Shown here piece by piece: positions 24,873-32,000 of a DNA stretch of 32,000 bases. The notes under the pieces were generated by a model. That model was not told where the DNA came from, ran no database searches, and worked only from the letters and a program-made list of their open reading frames with translations. Each line of letters opens with the position of its first letter. The stretch's first letter is position 1. The translations under genes and the position numbers were made by a program. Origin of the DNA: Thermosulfurimonas dismutans (GTDB lineage: Bacteria > Desulfobacterota > Thermodesulfobacteria > Thermodesulfobacteriales > Thermodesulfobacteriaceae); NCBI RefSeq assembly GCF_001652585.1, contig NZ_LWLG01000004.1, positions 30,001 to 62,000 of the forward strand. The letters run 5' to 3'.

Positions 24873-26106
24873 TAAAGGCTTGCGTTCAAAGGTTTTCTTT
24901 TTGGCAGGTTTTGTGGTCCTTTTTCTGAGCTTCATGGCCGAAATATGGTTGTTTCACAATACCCTTTCCGACCATCAGCGTTTCGAAGCCCAAAGGGCAC
25001 TCAACTTAATAGAAGGACGGCTCGCGGGTTACCTTGAATTGCTGGCAGTCCTTTCAGAGGTGCCACCCTACTTAAAGAACCTTGCCTGGTTGACCGATGA
25101 ACTCCAAGGAGATCCTGGTCTTACCGGAGTCCTGGTAAAAGAAGGGAAGCGCGTACTTTTGAACACCTTCCCCGAAGATATTCGGCTCGACAAGGAAACC
25201 TTTTTGGCCTGTCGGAAGGGATACGAATACCAAAGGGCTTTTTTTCTTTGTCGAAATTCCGAGCTTGCCCCTGGAAAGAACTTTTTTCTTTTGGTAGCCT
25301 TTGATACCCATTTCAAGGCCCTTCTTTTCAGAGAGGCTTTAGTCTATGGAGGTCTAGTTTTTTTAGGGGGAAGCCTCCTTCTTCTTCTAGCGGCCCTTTA
25401 CACCCAGAAACTTGAGAAAGAACGGGAAAACCTTAGAGAAAGGCTCATTTCCTCCGAAAGACTGGCTACCATGGGAAGACTTTCAGCCATGATTGCCCAC
25501 GAGATAAGGAATCCCTTGAACACCCTCTTTATGGGGATCCAATACCTAAAGGAGGCGGAAAACTCCGAAGAGATCCTTCCTCTCCTTGAAGATGAAATCA
25601 GACGACTTTCCGAACTTACCGGGGAACTTCTATCGCTTTCCCGAGGATTTGAGGTCAAAATCGAAAAATTTGAACTCTCGGAACTCCTTTCTCAGATTGA
25701 AGTCCGCTTCCGCCCCAAGATAGAAGCCAAAGGACTTGCTTTTCGGATTTCGGCCCCGGAAAAACTTGTCCTAACCGCCGATCGGCGGTGGCTTTATAGG
25801 GCGCTTGCTAACCTCCTTACCAATGCCATCGAACACGCTCCTGTCGGGGAATCGGTAGAAGTCTCGATCTCGGCTCAAAAAAGGCAAATCGTTTTCCAGG
25901 TTTGCAATAGTGGTTCTACCGTGCCGAAAGCCTTAAAAGGAAAGATATTTGAACCTTTTTTCACCACCCGGGAAGGAGGTTTCGGCCTGGGGCTTTACAT
26001 CGTAAAACAGGTGGCGGAGGCCCACGGCGGACGAGTCGGCTTGAAGACCTTTCCGGAAAAAGTATGCTTTGAGATGGAAATCCCCGGAGAGTCAACAAGT
26101 CTATGA
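24820..26106 (+). CDS. Sensor histidine kinase (2 TM segments, a periplasmic loop of about 135 aa, HisKA + HATPase_c, no obvious HAMP)
   Basis: The H-box is SAMIAHEIRNPLN, the N-box is LLTNAIEHAP and the G-box is GFGLGLYIV. The start is uncertain. The ATG at 24820 overlaps the upstream ORF by 53 nt and lacks a well-spaced SD. The TTG at 24880 (MRSKVFFLAGF...) is an alternative. Confidence 0.85.
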   Translation: MKKGFPSGGNIVPDQGGSKGLRSKVFFLAGFVVLFLSFMAEIWLFHNTLSDHQRFEAQRALNLIEGRLAGYLELLAVLSEVPPYLKNLAWLTDELQGDPGLTGVLVKEGKRVLLNTFPEDIRLDKETFLACRKGYEYQRAFFLCRNSELAPGKNFFLLVAFDTHFKALLFREALVYGGLVFLGGSLLLLLAALYTQKLEKERENLRERLISSERLATMGRLSAMIAHEIRNPLNTLFMGIQYLKEAENSEEILPLLEDEIRRLSELTGELLSLSRGFEVKIEKFELSELLSQIEVRFRPKIEAKGLAFRISAPEKLVLTADRRWLYRALANLLTNAIEHAPVGESVEVSISAQKRQIVFQVCNSGSTVPKALKGKIFEPFFTTREGGFGLGLYIVKQVAEAHGGRVGLKTFPEKVCFEMEIPGESTSL

Positions 26107-27467
26107 AAATGGCCTATCGTGTGCTTCTGGTGGAAGACGAAGAAGCCCAGCGCAAGATCTTGGGAGGCTATTTACAAAAAAGGGGCTACCAGGTGTCTGA
26201 AGCCGGAAGCGGCACAGAAGCCTTGAAGATTGTAGAGGAGAAAAAGCCGGAGATCGTTCTCCTCGACTGGCGGCTCCCAGATGATGATGGCCTGAACCTT
26301 ATCCCCAAACTCAAAGAACGCTCTCCCCTTTCGGCCATCATCATGCTAACGGCCTTTGCCACCGTAGAACGGGCGGTCTCGGCCATGAAACTCGGAGCCT
26401 ACCACTACCTCACCAAACCGGTAAACCTGGAGGAATTACTCCTCATTATGGAGCGAGCCCTTTCGGAACTAAAATTGAGGAAAGAAATAGAGGACCTCCG
26501 CCGGAAACTCGCCGAACTTCTACCTATAGAAATCAGAGATTTTGTAGCCGAAAGTCATAAAATGAAAGAAATCTTGGCCTTGGTCTCCAAAGTGGCTCCC
26601 ACCGAGGCCACCGTACTCATCACCGGAGAACCTGGAACCGGAAAGGAAGTCCTGGCTCATCTCATTCACCATTTGAGTAGCCGGAAAGAGGGCCCCTTCG
26701 TTCAAGTAAACTGTGCCGCCATTCCGGAGGGTTTATTAGAATCCGAGCTCTTTGGGCATGAGAAGGGGGCCTTTACCGGAGCCGACCGTGCTAAACCGGG
26801 CCTTTTCGAGGAAGCTCATAGGGGAACCATTTTCCTTGACGAGGTTGGGGAACTGCCACTGCCCTTGCAGGCCAAGCTCCTTCGAGTGCTACAGGACGGG
26901 ACCTTCCGGCGAATAGGGGATACCAAGGAAATCAAAGTGGATGCCCGGATTATCGCAGCCACCAATCGAGATCTCGAAGAGATGGTCAAAAAGGGCGCTT
27001 TCCGGGAAGATCTTTTCTGGCGGTTAAACGTCTTCAGCCTCCGACTCCCACCGTTAAAGGAAAGGCGAGAGGACATTGTACCTTTGGCAAAGTATTTTTT
27101 GCAGAAATTTTCTGAAAAATACGGCAAGGCCGTCCAAGGATTTAGCCGTGAGGTCCTAGAGTTCTTGCTTACCTATCACTTTCCCGGAAACGTTAGAGAA
27201 CTCAAAAACCTCATCGAACGCGCCGTTATCCTAGTCGAAGAGGAAACTATAACCATCAAGGATCTGGCCTTAATGCCAGAAGGTCCTGAAGACTTAACCC
27301 AAAAACTTTTAACACTCCCTCTAACGGAAGCGGTTGAGACTTTGGAAAAGATCCGCATAAGGGAGGCCCTAGAAAAAGCAGGAGGAGTAAAGACCAGAGC
27401 CGCTGAATTTTTAGGTATTTCCGAAAGGGTTCTAAGGTACAAACTCGAAAAATATAAATTCAATTAA
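26103..27467 (+). CDS. Sigma-54-dependent response regulator (NtrC/ZraR/AtoC family: REC + AAA+ + Fis-type HTH)
   Basis: REC is VLLVEDEE...LLDWRLPDDDG, Walker A is GEPGTGKE, the sigma-54 contact loop is GAFTGA (EKGAFTGAD), and the C-terminal HTH is TRAAEFLGISERVLRYKLEKY. The ATG overlaps the kinase stop (ATGA). Confidence 0.92.
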   Translation: MKMAYRVLLVEDEEAQRKILGGYLQKRGYQVSEAGSGTEALKIVEEKKPEIVLLDWRLPDDDGLNLIPKLKERSPLSAIIMLTAFATVERAVSAMKLGAYHYLTKPVNLEELLLIMERALSELKLRKEIEDLRRKLAELLPIEIRDFVAESHKMKEILALVSKVAPTEATVLITGEPGTGKEVLAHLIHHLSSRKEGPFVQVNCAAIPEGLLESELFGHEKGAFTGADRAKPGLFEEAHRGTIFLDEVGELPLPLQAKLLRVLQDGTFRRIGDTKEIKVDARIIAATNRDLEEMVKKGAFREDLFWRLNVFSLRLPPLKERREDIVPLAKYFLQKFSEKYGKAVQGFSREVLEFLLTYHFPGNVRELKNLIERAVILVEEETITIKDLALMPEGPEDLTQKLLTLPLTEAVETLEKIRIREALEKAGGVKTRAAEFLGISERVLRYKLEKYKFN

Positions 27468-28018
27468 TGCTTTCGTGGAACCGGTTGCTTTCCAAATTTT
27501 TCCCATAGTAACCTAAAAGTAGGCGTAAAATCCTGCGGCTTTTTAGCCAGCCATTCCTCAAGTTCCGCTGGGTCCACGAAGCGTCCTTCTTCGATCTCTA
27601 GGGGATTGGGCTTGGGACTTTTGCGGGTGGTACCCTTAAAAAGGACCACAAACTCGTAACCGGTCTCTGGGGATGCCGGGAGACGTCCCACTTCACTTAA
27701 ACCACATAAAAGCCCTAGTTCTTCCTTAAGTTCACGACGAGCAGCTACCGGATAGGGCTCTCCGGGAGAAACATGGCCTGAGGCCGAAGAATCCCATTTT
27801 CCAGGATTTTCATCCTTTAAGCGAGATCTTTTTTGCAAATATATCTTCCCTTCGGGGTTGAATAGAAAGACATGCACAGCTTTATGAAAGAGTTTTTGTT
27901 CGTGAATCTGGCCGCGCGGGAGAAGACCTACTACATTACCATCCTGATCTGTGATTTCTAGCATCTCAAGGAGCATTCCCTCGGGACTATCCTTTTTTTT
28001 ACGACCTCTTTTTCCCAT
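27464..28018 (-). CDS. Nudix hydrolase
   Basis: A perfect Nudix box, GHVSPGEPYPVAARRELKEELGL (GX5EX7REUXEEXGU). I prefer the ATG at 28018 (the track start at 28024 is a GTG). Its stop overlaps the convergent activator stop (TTAA). Confidence 0.8.
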   Translation of the reverse strand: MGKRGRKKKDSPEGMLLEMLEITDQDGNVVGLLPRGQIHEQKLFHKAVHVFLFNPEGKIYLQKRSRLKDENPGKWDSSASGHVSPGEPYPVAARRELKEELGLLCGLSEVGRLPASPETGYEFVVLFKGTTRKSPKPNPLEIEEGRFVDPAELEEWLAKKPQDFTPTFRLLWEKFGKQPVPRKH

Positions 28019-28769
28019 TTTCACCCTCTAGCATGTGATTTATCATACTTGCAAAATAGGCCGCTCCGACACCGTTGTCAATATTTACCACAGTAACTCC
28101 CATAGCACAGGTGTTTAGCATAGCGAGAAGCGGGGCCAGTCCCCCAAAATTGGCTCCATATCCCACGCTGGTGGGTACGGCAATGACCGGTCGATCCACC
28201 AGCCCTGCCACTACGCTGGGTAGGGCCCCTTCCATGCCAGCCACTACAATAATGGCTCTAGCCGCTCGCAATTTCTCGAGTTCAGGGAAAAGCCGGTGTA
28301 TACCGGCCACTCCTACATCATAAATGGCCTCTACCCGGTTGCCGAAGTACTCGGCAGCTATCCTAGCCTCTTCAGCTACCGGGAGATCCGCGGTTCCAGC
28401 CGAGACCACTGCCACCTGCCCCACCAGACTTCCCTCGGGTTTTACGCCAAGAAGCCTTGCCCGTTCGTAGTATTCAAGCTGCGGGAACCTGTTCTTTAAT
28501 CTTACAGCCATTTTTTCCGATATACGGGTAACGAGAAAAGGGCTTTCCTTTTCGAGAAAGGACTCCACAATTTTTTGAAGTTCCTCTTCGTTTTTTCCAG
28601 GACCGTATATGATCTCTGGAAAATGTTTCCGGAGTCCGCGATGATGGTCAAGACGAACGGTCGTTAGATCCTCATAAGGTAGATCTCGGAGCCTTTCATA
28701 GGCCTCTTCAACAGAAAGCTCTCCCCTTGCAAGAGCCGAAAGAAGATTTTTGAGGGTTTTAGGCGTCAT
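27999..28769 (-). CDS. larB: LarB-type nickel-pincer cofactor biosynthesis protein (PurE/AIR-carboxylase-like NaAD carboxylase/hydrolase)
   Basis: The C-terminal PurE-like domain reads VAVVSAGTADLPVAEEA...VVAGMEGALPSVVAGLVDRPVIAVPTSVGYG, and there is an N-terminal LarB-specific helical extension. The ATG overlaps the upstream stop (ATGA). Confidence 0.82.
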   Translation of the reverse strand: MTPKTLKNLLSALARGELSVEEAYERLRDLPYEDLTTVRLDHHRGLRKHFPEIIYGPGKNEEELQKIVESFLEKESPFLVTRISEKMAVRLKNRFPQLEYYERARLLGVKPEGSLVGQVAVVSAGTADLPVAEEARIAAEYFGNRVEAIYDVGVAGIHRLFPELEKLRAARAIIVVAGMEGALPSVVAGLVDRPVIAVPTSVGYGANFGGLAPLLAMLNTCAMGVTVVNIDNGVGAAYFASMINHMLEGENGKKRS

Positions 28770-29359
28770 TGATTTAGCGCTTTTGCAAAGATGTTTTTGA
28801 GGTATTCAAGCTGCCTTTCATATTGAGGATCGAGCTGGTCCCGCACCTTGCGCCATTCTTCCTGAAATTGAGGCTGCATCTCTACGTCCACCTGGACCTG
28901 AACACCCATCTGATTACGTAGAGCCTCTTCCACTCCGGCCAACTGAGATTCAAATTGCTGTTTTAATTGTTCATAAAGGGCCTTCCGGTGCTGGAGATAC
29001 TGACTGAGGAGCCTCTCTATTTCCTGAGTCAACTGTTTCACATCCGGGAAAGCTGAAAAGACGATCTCTAGCCCCAAAAGGGCTTTTTTGGCCCCTTCCA
29101 AGGCATATTCATCCCTCGGAAGGTTGATATTTCTAAGTAAGGTAAATATTATGCCTTTAATAAAAGGCCCCTTCTCAGAAGGGTTCAGGCGAGCAATCTC
29201 GGCTGCAAGATCAATCTCCTCTTCGCTGTTCAAGAACTTAGCCGCTAGCCTTTGACCTTTTTCTTTTAGCTCCTCAAGCTTTAATTCCTCTCGGGAAGCC
29301 CTTCCGATCTTTTCCGCTTTTTCCAGGGCAATCTCAAGGGCACTTTTTATCTCCCCCAT
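28766..29359 (-). CDS. Hypothetical all-helical protein, first gene of the larB operon
   Basis: 197 aa, E/K/L/Q-rich and probably coiled-coil or helical-bundle. I recognise no motif. It is translationally coupled to larB. Confidence 0.55.
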   Translation of the reverse strand: MGEIKSALEIALEKAEKIGRASREELKLEELKEKGQRLAAKFLNSEEEIDLAAEIARLNPSEKGPFIKGIIFTLLRNINLPRDEYALEGAKKALLGLEIVFSAFPDVKQLTQEIERLLSQYLQHRKALYEQLKQQFESQLAGVEEALRNQMGVQVQVDVEMQPQFQEEWRKVRDQLDPQYERQLEYLKNIFAKALNQ

Positions 29360-29467
29360 ATCTCATTCCTCCCTAGCAAATAAATTTCCAAACTAAATCT
29401 AAACGTTCCCGAGCAAAAATCCACTCCCCTCTTTCGAAACCGATGCTTCCCTGTTAAAAACAAAGAT

Positions 29468-30253
29468 ATGGAGGAATGGTTATCCATTGATGAAATTCTA
29501 AAAAAACTTTCTTTCGAAGGTTATAAATTCACTAAAAGGACCTTCCTCTACTATGTCCAGCTTGGCCTTCTCCCCAAAGGAAAGCGGGTAGGCCAGAAAA
29601 AGGGGGGCGTAAAATTTTACTATCCCTTCTGGGCTATAGAGCGTTTAAAAGAAATTCTCCACTTAAAACAACAGGGTTTAAAATTAAAAGAAATCCAAAA
29701 AAGGCTCTCTACTCCTTCCGCCAAAAAAAAAGAAAAGAAGGCTCCCCCCCAATTTTATGACTGGGAAAAATTAAAAAGATGCACTGGTTGTGGAATCTGC
29801 GGGGGGATATGTCCCGTTTATGAAGAAATGGAGGACCCTCCCTGGCGTTTAATTCAAGTCCTAGCCCACCGAAAAGACGCAAAGCTCACAAGTAATACTC
29901 CCTGGATATGCATAGGTTGTTATCTCTGTGAAGAGCGATGCCCGGAGGAAATTCCTATTGTGGAATTTTTGAGGTTTTTGAAAAGAGAGGCCCTATCAAA
30001 GGGACATATACAACTATCTCAAGCTCCAGAATGGAGCCAGCTCTTCTGGGAACTCGTCGAAGAAAGGGGCCGCTCTTTTGATTTTGGAGCCGTGCACGCC
30101 TACCAGATAAAAATAACCGGCTCGGGCAATGACCGACGTATTATCCTGCGGCTTCCTTGGGAAAAAGGCGAAAAAGAGGTTTCCGCTCCGGAGCCCATTA
30201 AAGACCTTCAGGGATTTAAAAAGATGCTGGCTAAAGCCAAGGAGTTTTGTTAG
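29468..30253 (+). CDS. hdrC: HdrC-like 2x[4Fe-4S] subunit with an N-terminal MerR-like helix-turn-helix extension
   Basis: Residues about 5-80 (LSIDEILKKL...FTKRTFLYYVQLGLLPKGKR...GVKFYYPFWAIERLKEILHLKQQGLKLKEIQKRL) follow the MerR HTH and wing pattern. A K-rich linker comes next, then CTGCGICGGICP and CIGCYLCEERCP as in HdrC. Confidence 0.72.
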   Translation: MEEWLSIDEILKKLSFEGYKFTKRTFLYYVQLGLLPKGKRVGQKKGGVKFYYPFWAIERLKEILHLKQQGLKLKEIQKRLSTPSAKKKEKKAPPQFYDWEKLKRCTGCGICGGICPVYEEMEDPPWRLIQVLAHRKDAKLTSNTPWICIGCYLCEERCPEEIPIVEFLRFLKREALSKGHIQLSQAPEWSQLFWELVEERGRSFDFGAVHAYQIKITGSGNDRRIILRLPWEKGEKEVSAPEPIKDLQGFKKMLAKAKEFC

Positions 30254-31045
30254 ATGCGAGCGTTCTATTACCCCGGATGTTCTTCGGAACATCTGGCCAG
30301 AGATCTCCATCTATCTGTAGAAACTCTATTTTCGGTCCTGGGAATTGAGATCGAGAACCTCGAAGACTGGAATTGTTGTGGAGCCCGCGAAATCCACGAC
30401 TATCAAGATCTTTTGGGATTGTCTCTGGCGGCGAGAAATTTGGCTTTGGCCGAGAAAGGAGACCTTTTAGTTACGGCTTGTAGCCTCTGTTTCTTTAATT
30501 TAAAACGGGCTGAAAAAATCCTCAGAGAAGATCAAGATCTCTTGCAAAAGATTAATACAATTCTCGGAGAAGCGGATCTCTCTTATCACCCTGGAAAGGT
30601 CCACATTTTGCATTTACTAGAGTTCCTCTCCATTAAGGAAAATTTCTCGCGACTCCTCAAACAAATTAAAGGCGAAGACAAAACTTCTGTGGTTCCCTAT
30701 TACGGTTGTTTTCTTTCGCGACCGTTCCCTTTTGACCTTTCCACCATGGAAAAAATTCTTCGAATATTAGGTTATGAAGTAAAGCCTTTCACACTCAAAA
30801 GTCATTGTTGTGGAGGACACCTTCCCCGAACAAACTCTCCCACAATACAGGAATTATGTGGTCGCATTTTACTGGAAGCCGAGATGCGGGGAGCGGACTT
30901 TATCGCTGTGACCTGTCCGGTATGCAAGCTCAACTTAGAAATTTATGGCTTCCGTGAAGGGCTCCCTCGGATAATCTATTTCACCCAGCTCATAGGATTA
31001 AGACTAGGGCTTCCTAATTCTCTACTTGGTCTTCCTGGAGAATGA
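30254..31045 (+). CDS. hdrB: HdrB-like subunit (two CCG domains)
   Basis: The two CCG motifs are YYPGC...WNCCGA...ACSLC and YYGC...SHCCGGH...TCPVC. The start directly abuts the hdrC stop. Confidence 0.85.
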   Translation: MRAFYYPGCSSEHLARDLHLSVETLFSVLGIEIENLEDWNCCGAREIHDYQDLLGLSLAARNLALAEKGDLLVTACSLCFFNLKRAEKILREDQDLLQKINTILGEADLSYHPGKVHILHLLEFLSIKENFSRLLKQIKGEDKTSVVPYYGCFLSRPFPFDLSTMEKILRILGYEVKPFTLKSHCCGGHLPRTNSPTIQELCGRILLEAEMRGADFIAVTCPVCKLNLEIYGFREGLPRIIYFTQLIGLRLGLPNSLLGLPGE

Positions 31046-31046
31046 A

Positions 31047-32000
31047 ATGAAAGTGTCGATATTCCTTTGTGAATGTGGCGGCAATATAAGCGATCGTATC
31101 AATCTCAAAAAGTTGAGTACTAAGCTACAAGAGGATGTAAACCTGGACGTCCATATTCATCCCTTTTTATGTTCTCCCAAAGGACAGGTTGCACTGGTCC
31201 AAAAACTAAAAAAAGGTACCAAAGTCCTTATTGGAGCCTGCTCGCCCCACCTCCACGGAGAAACCTTTAAGACCCTACTGGCGGAAATTGGCATTCATAC
31301 CTTCCAAATAGTAGCCATACGAGAGGAAGCTGCCTGGACCGACGGGAACACCCCAGAAGAAAAGGCCTTACGCCTCATAAAAGGCGCGCTTAAGGCCTTA
31401 AAAGGTATGGTGCCTCCCCAGATTCAAGAATCCTTAATTGTTCCCAATCTAATGGTTATTGGAGGAGGCATTGCAGGCATCGTAGCGGCTATCAAAGCCG
31501 CCCAAGAGGGAATTCCCGTGTACCTAATCGAAAAAGAACCCTTTGTCGGGGGCAAAGCCGTCTTTCTTGATCGCTTATACCCCCGTTTTGAATGCGCCTC
31601 TTGTGTAATCTCCCCTAAACTCTCGACCTTACTCCACGAGAAACGTGTCCAGATCATTACCCAGGCTCGCATAGTCAAAATCACAGGACTTCCTGGGAAA
31701 TATGAAGTGGAATTAGAGATTCGTCCTCGATACGTAGATCTTCAGAAGTGCAACGGTTGCGGCAAATGCTTGGAAGCCTGTCCCCTTAACCCTCCAGCCA
31801 TCGCCTTCCACAATCCACATCCCGTCCCTAGAGTACCGGTCATAAATCCCTTCGCTTGCTTGCGTCTCAAAGGCCAAACTTGCCGAAGGTGTCAAAGGGC
31901 TTGTCCTCAAAAAGCTATCAATTTTAAGGCCACCTTTCAGAGAACAAATCTACAGGTAGGGGGTTTTATCGTAGCCACTGGCTTTAGACCTTATCCGGTC
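31047..32000 (+). CDS. hdrA: HdrA-like FAD/Fe-S oxidoreductase subunit. The C-terminus is cut off by the window edge.
   Basis: My own translation from ATG 31047 gives 318 codons with no stop. It begins MKVSIFLCECGGNISDRINL...IGACSPHLHGETF, an HdrA N-terminal Cys domain. The FAD fold is MVIGGGIAGIVAAIKAAQEG, and the ferredoxin motifs are CNGCGKCLEACP and CRRCQRACP. It is absent from the ORF track because it is open-ended. Confidence 0.8.
   Translation, partial: MKVSIFLCECGGNISDRINLKKLSTKLQEDVNLDVHIHPFLCSPKGQVALVQKLKKGTKVLIGACSPHLHGETFKTLLAEIGIHTFQIVAIREEAAWTDGNTPEEKALRLIKGALKALKGMVPPQIQESLIVPNLMVIGGGIAGIVAAIKAAQEGIPVYLIEKEPFVGGKAVFLDRLYPRFECASCVISPKLSTLLHEKRVQIITQARIVKITGLPGKYEVELEIRPRYVDLQKCNGCGKCLEACPLNPPAIAFHNPHPVPRVPVINPFACLRLKGQTCRRCQRACPQKAINFKATFQRTNLQVGGFIVATGFRPYPV

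Noticed and set aside
1-32000. A scan of the whole window for CRISPR arrays, IS elements or transposases, integrases, prophage genes, rRNA and known defence-system genes.
   Set aside because: I noticed no regularly spaced direct repeats and no transposase, integrase or phage-like translations in the ORF track. The only RNA gene I could fold is tRNA-Arg. The Smr + P-loop NTPase pairing was considered as a defence system. I rejected that because the NTPase is fused to a complete housekeeping Tmk and the context is biosynthetic.

Overview
This 32-kb window looks like ordinary chromosome from a compact genome. Gene junctions are tight or overlapping, convergent genes overlap at their 3' ends, and the proteins are rich in E/K/R. 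The gene content (fused AhbA/B siroheme decarboxylase, HdrCBA, a YedE-TusA-DsrE cluster, sigma-54 regulation) suggests an anaerobic, probably thermophilic, sulfur-metabolising bacterium such as a Thermodesulfobacteriota-like organism. That taxon guess is inference only. All calls come from reading the supplied ORF translations and the DNA by eye. No database search was run.

I call about 38 protein genes and one tRNA-Arg(ACG), in this order:
- partial flavoprotein, speE, tRNA-Arg and queF
- a tetR-emrA-emrB-tolC-type efflux operon
- an operon of a Smr-domain protein, a THEP1-NTPase::thymidylate-kinase fusion and a cyclophilin-like protein
- a DUF362 Fe-S protein divergent from ahbAB
- trpE-trpG
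- a GGDEF protein, a Pat-type acetyltransferase and hpt
- a five-gene yedE-tusA-dsrE-chp-chp sulfur-trafficking cluster
- an M16 peptidase and trpF
- a divergent sigma-54 module, with three small secreted proteins facing a small periplasmic protein, a histidine kinase and an NtrC-type activator
- an operon of a hypothetical protein, LarB and a Nudix hydrolase
- hdrC (with an N-terminal MerR-like HTH), hdrB and partial hdrA

I saw no rRNA, CRISPR array, transposase or integrase.

The most interesting region is 23.0-27.5 kb. It has a ZraPSR-like layout, but its secreted proteins are unrecognisable to me, including an 11x perfect heptad-repeat protein. Its intergenic region is densely palindromic and carries -24/-12 promoter elements on both strands.
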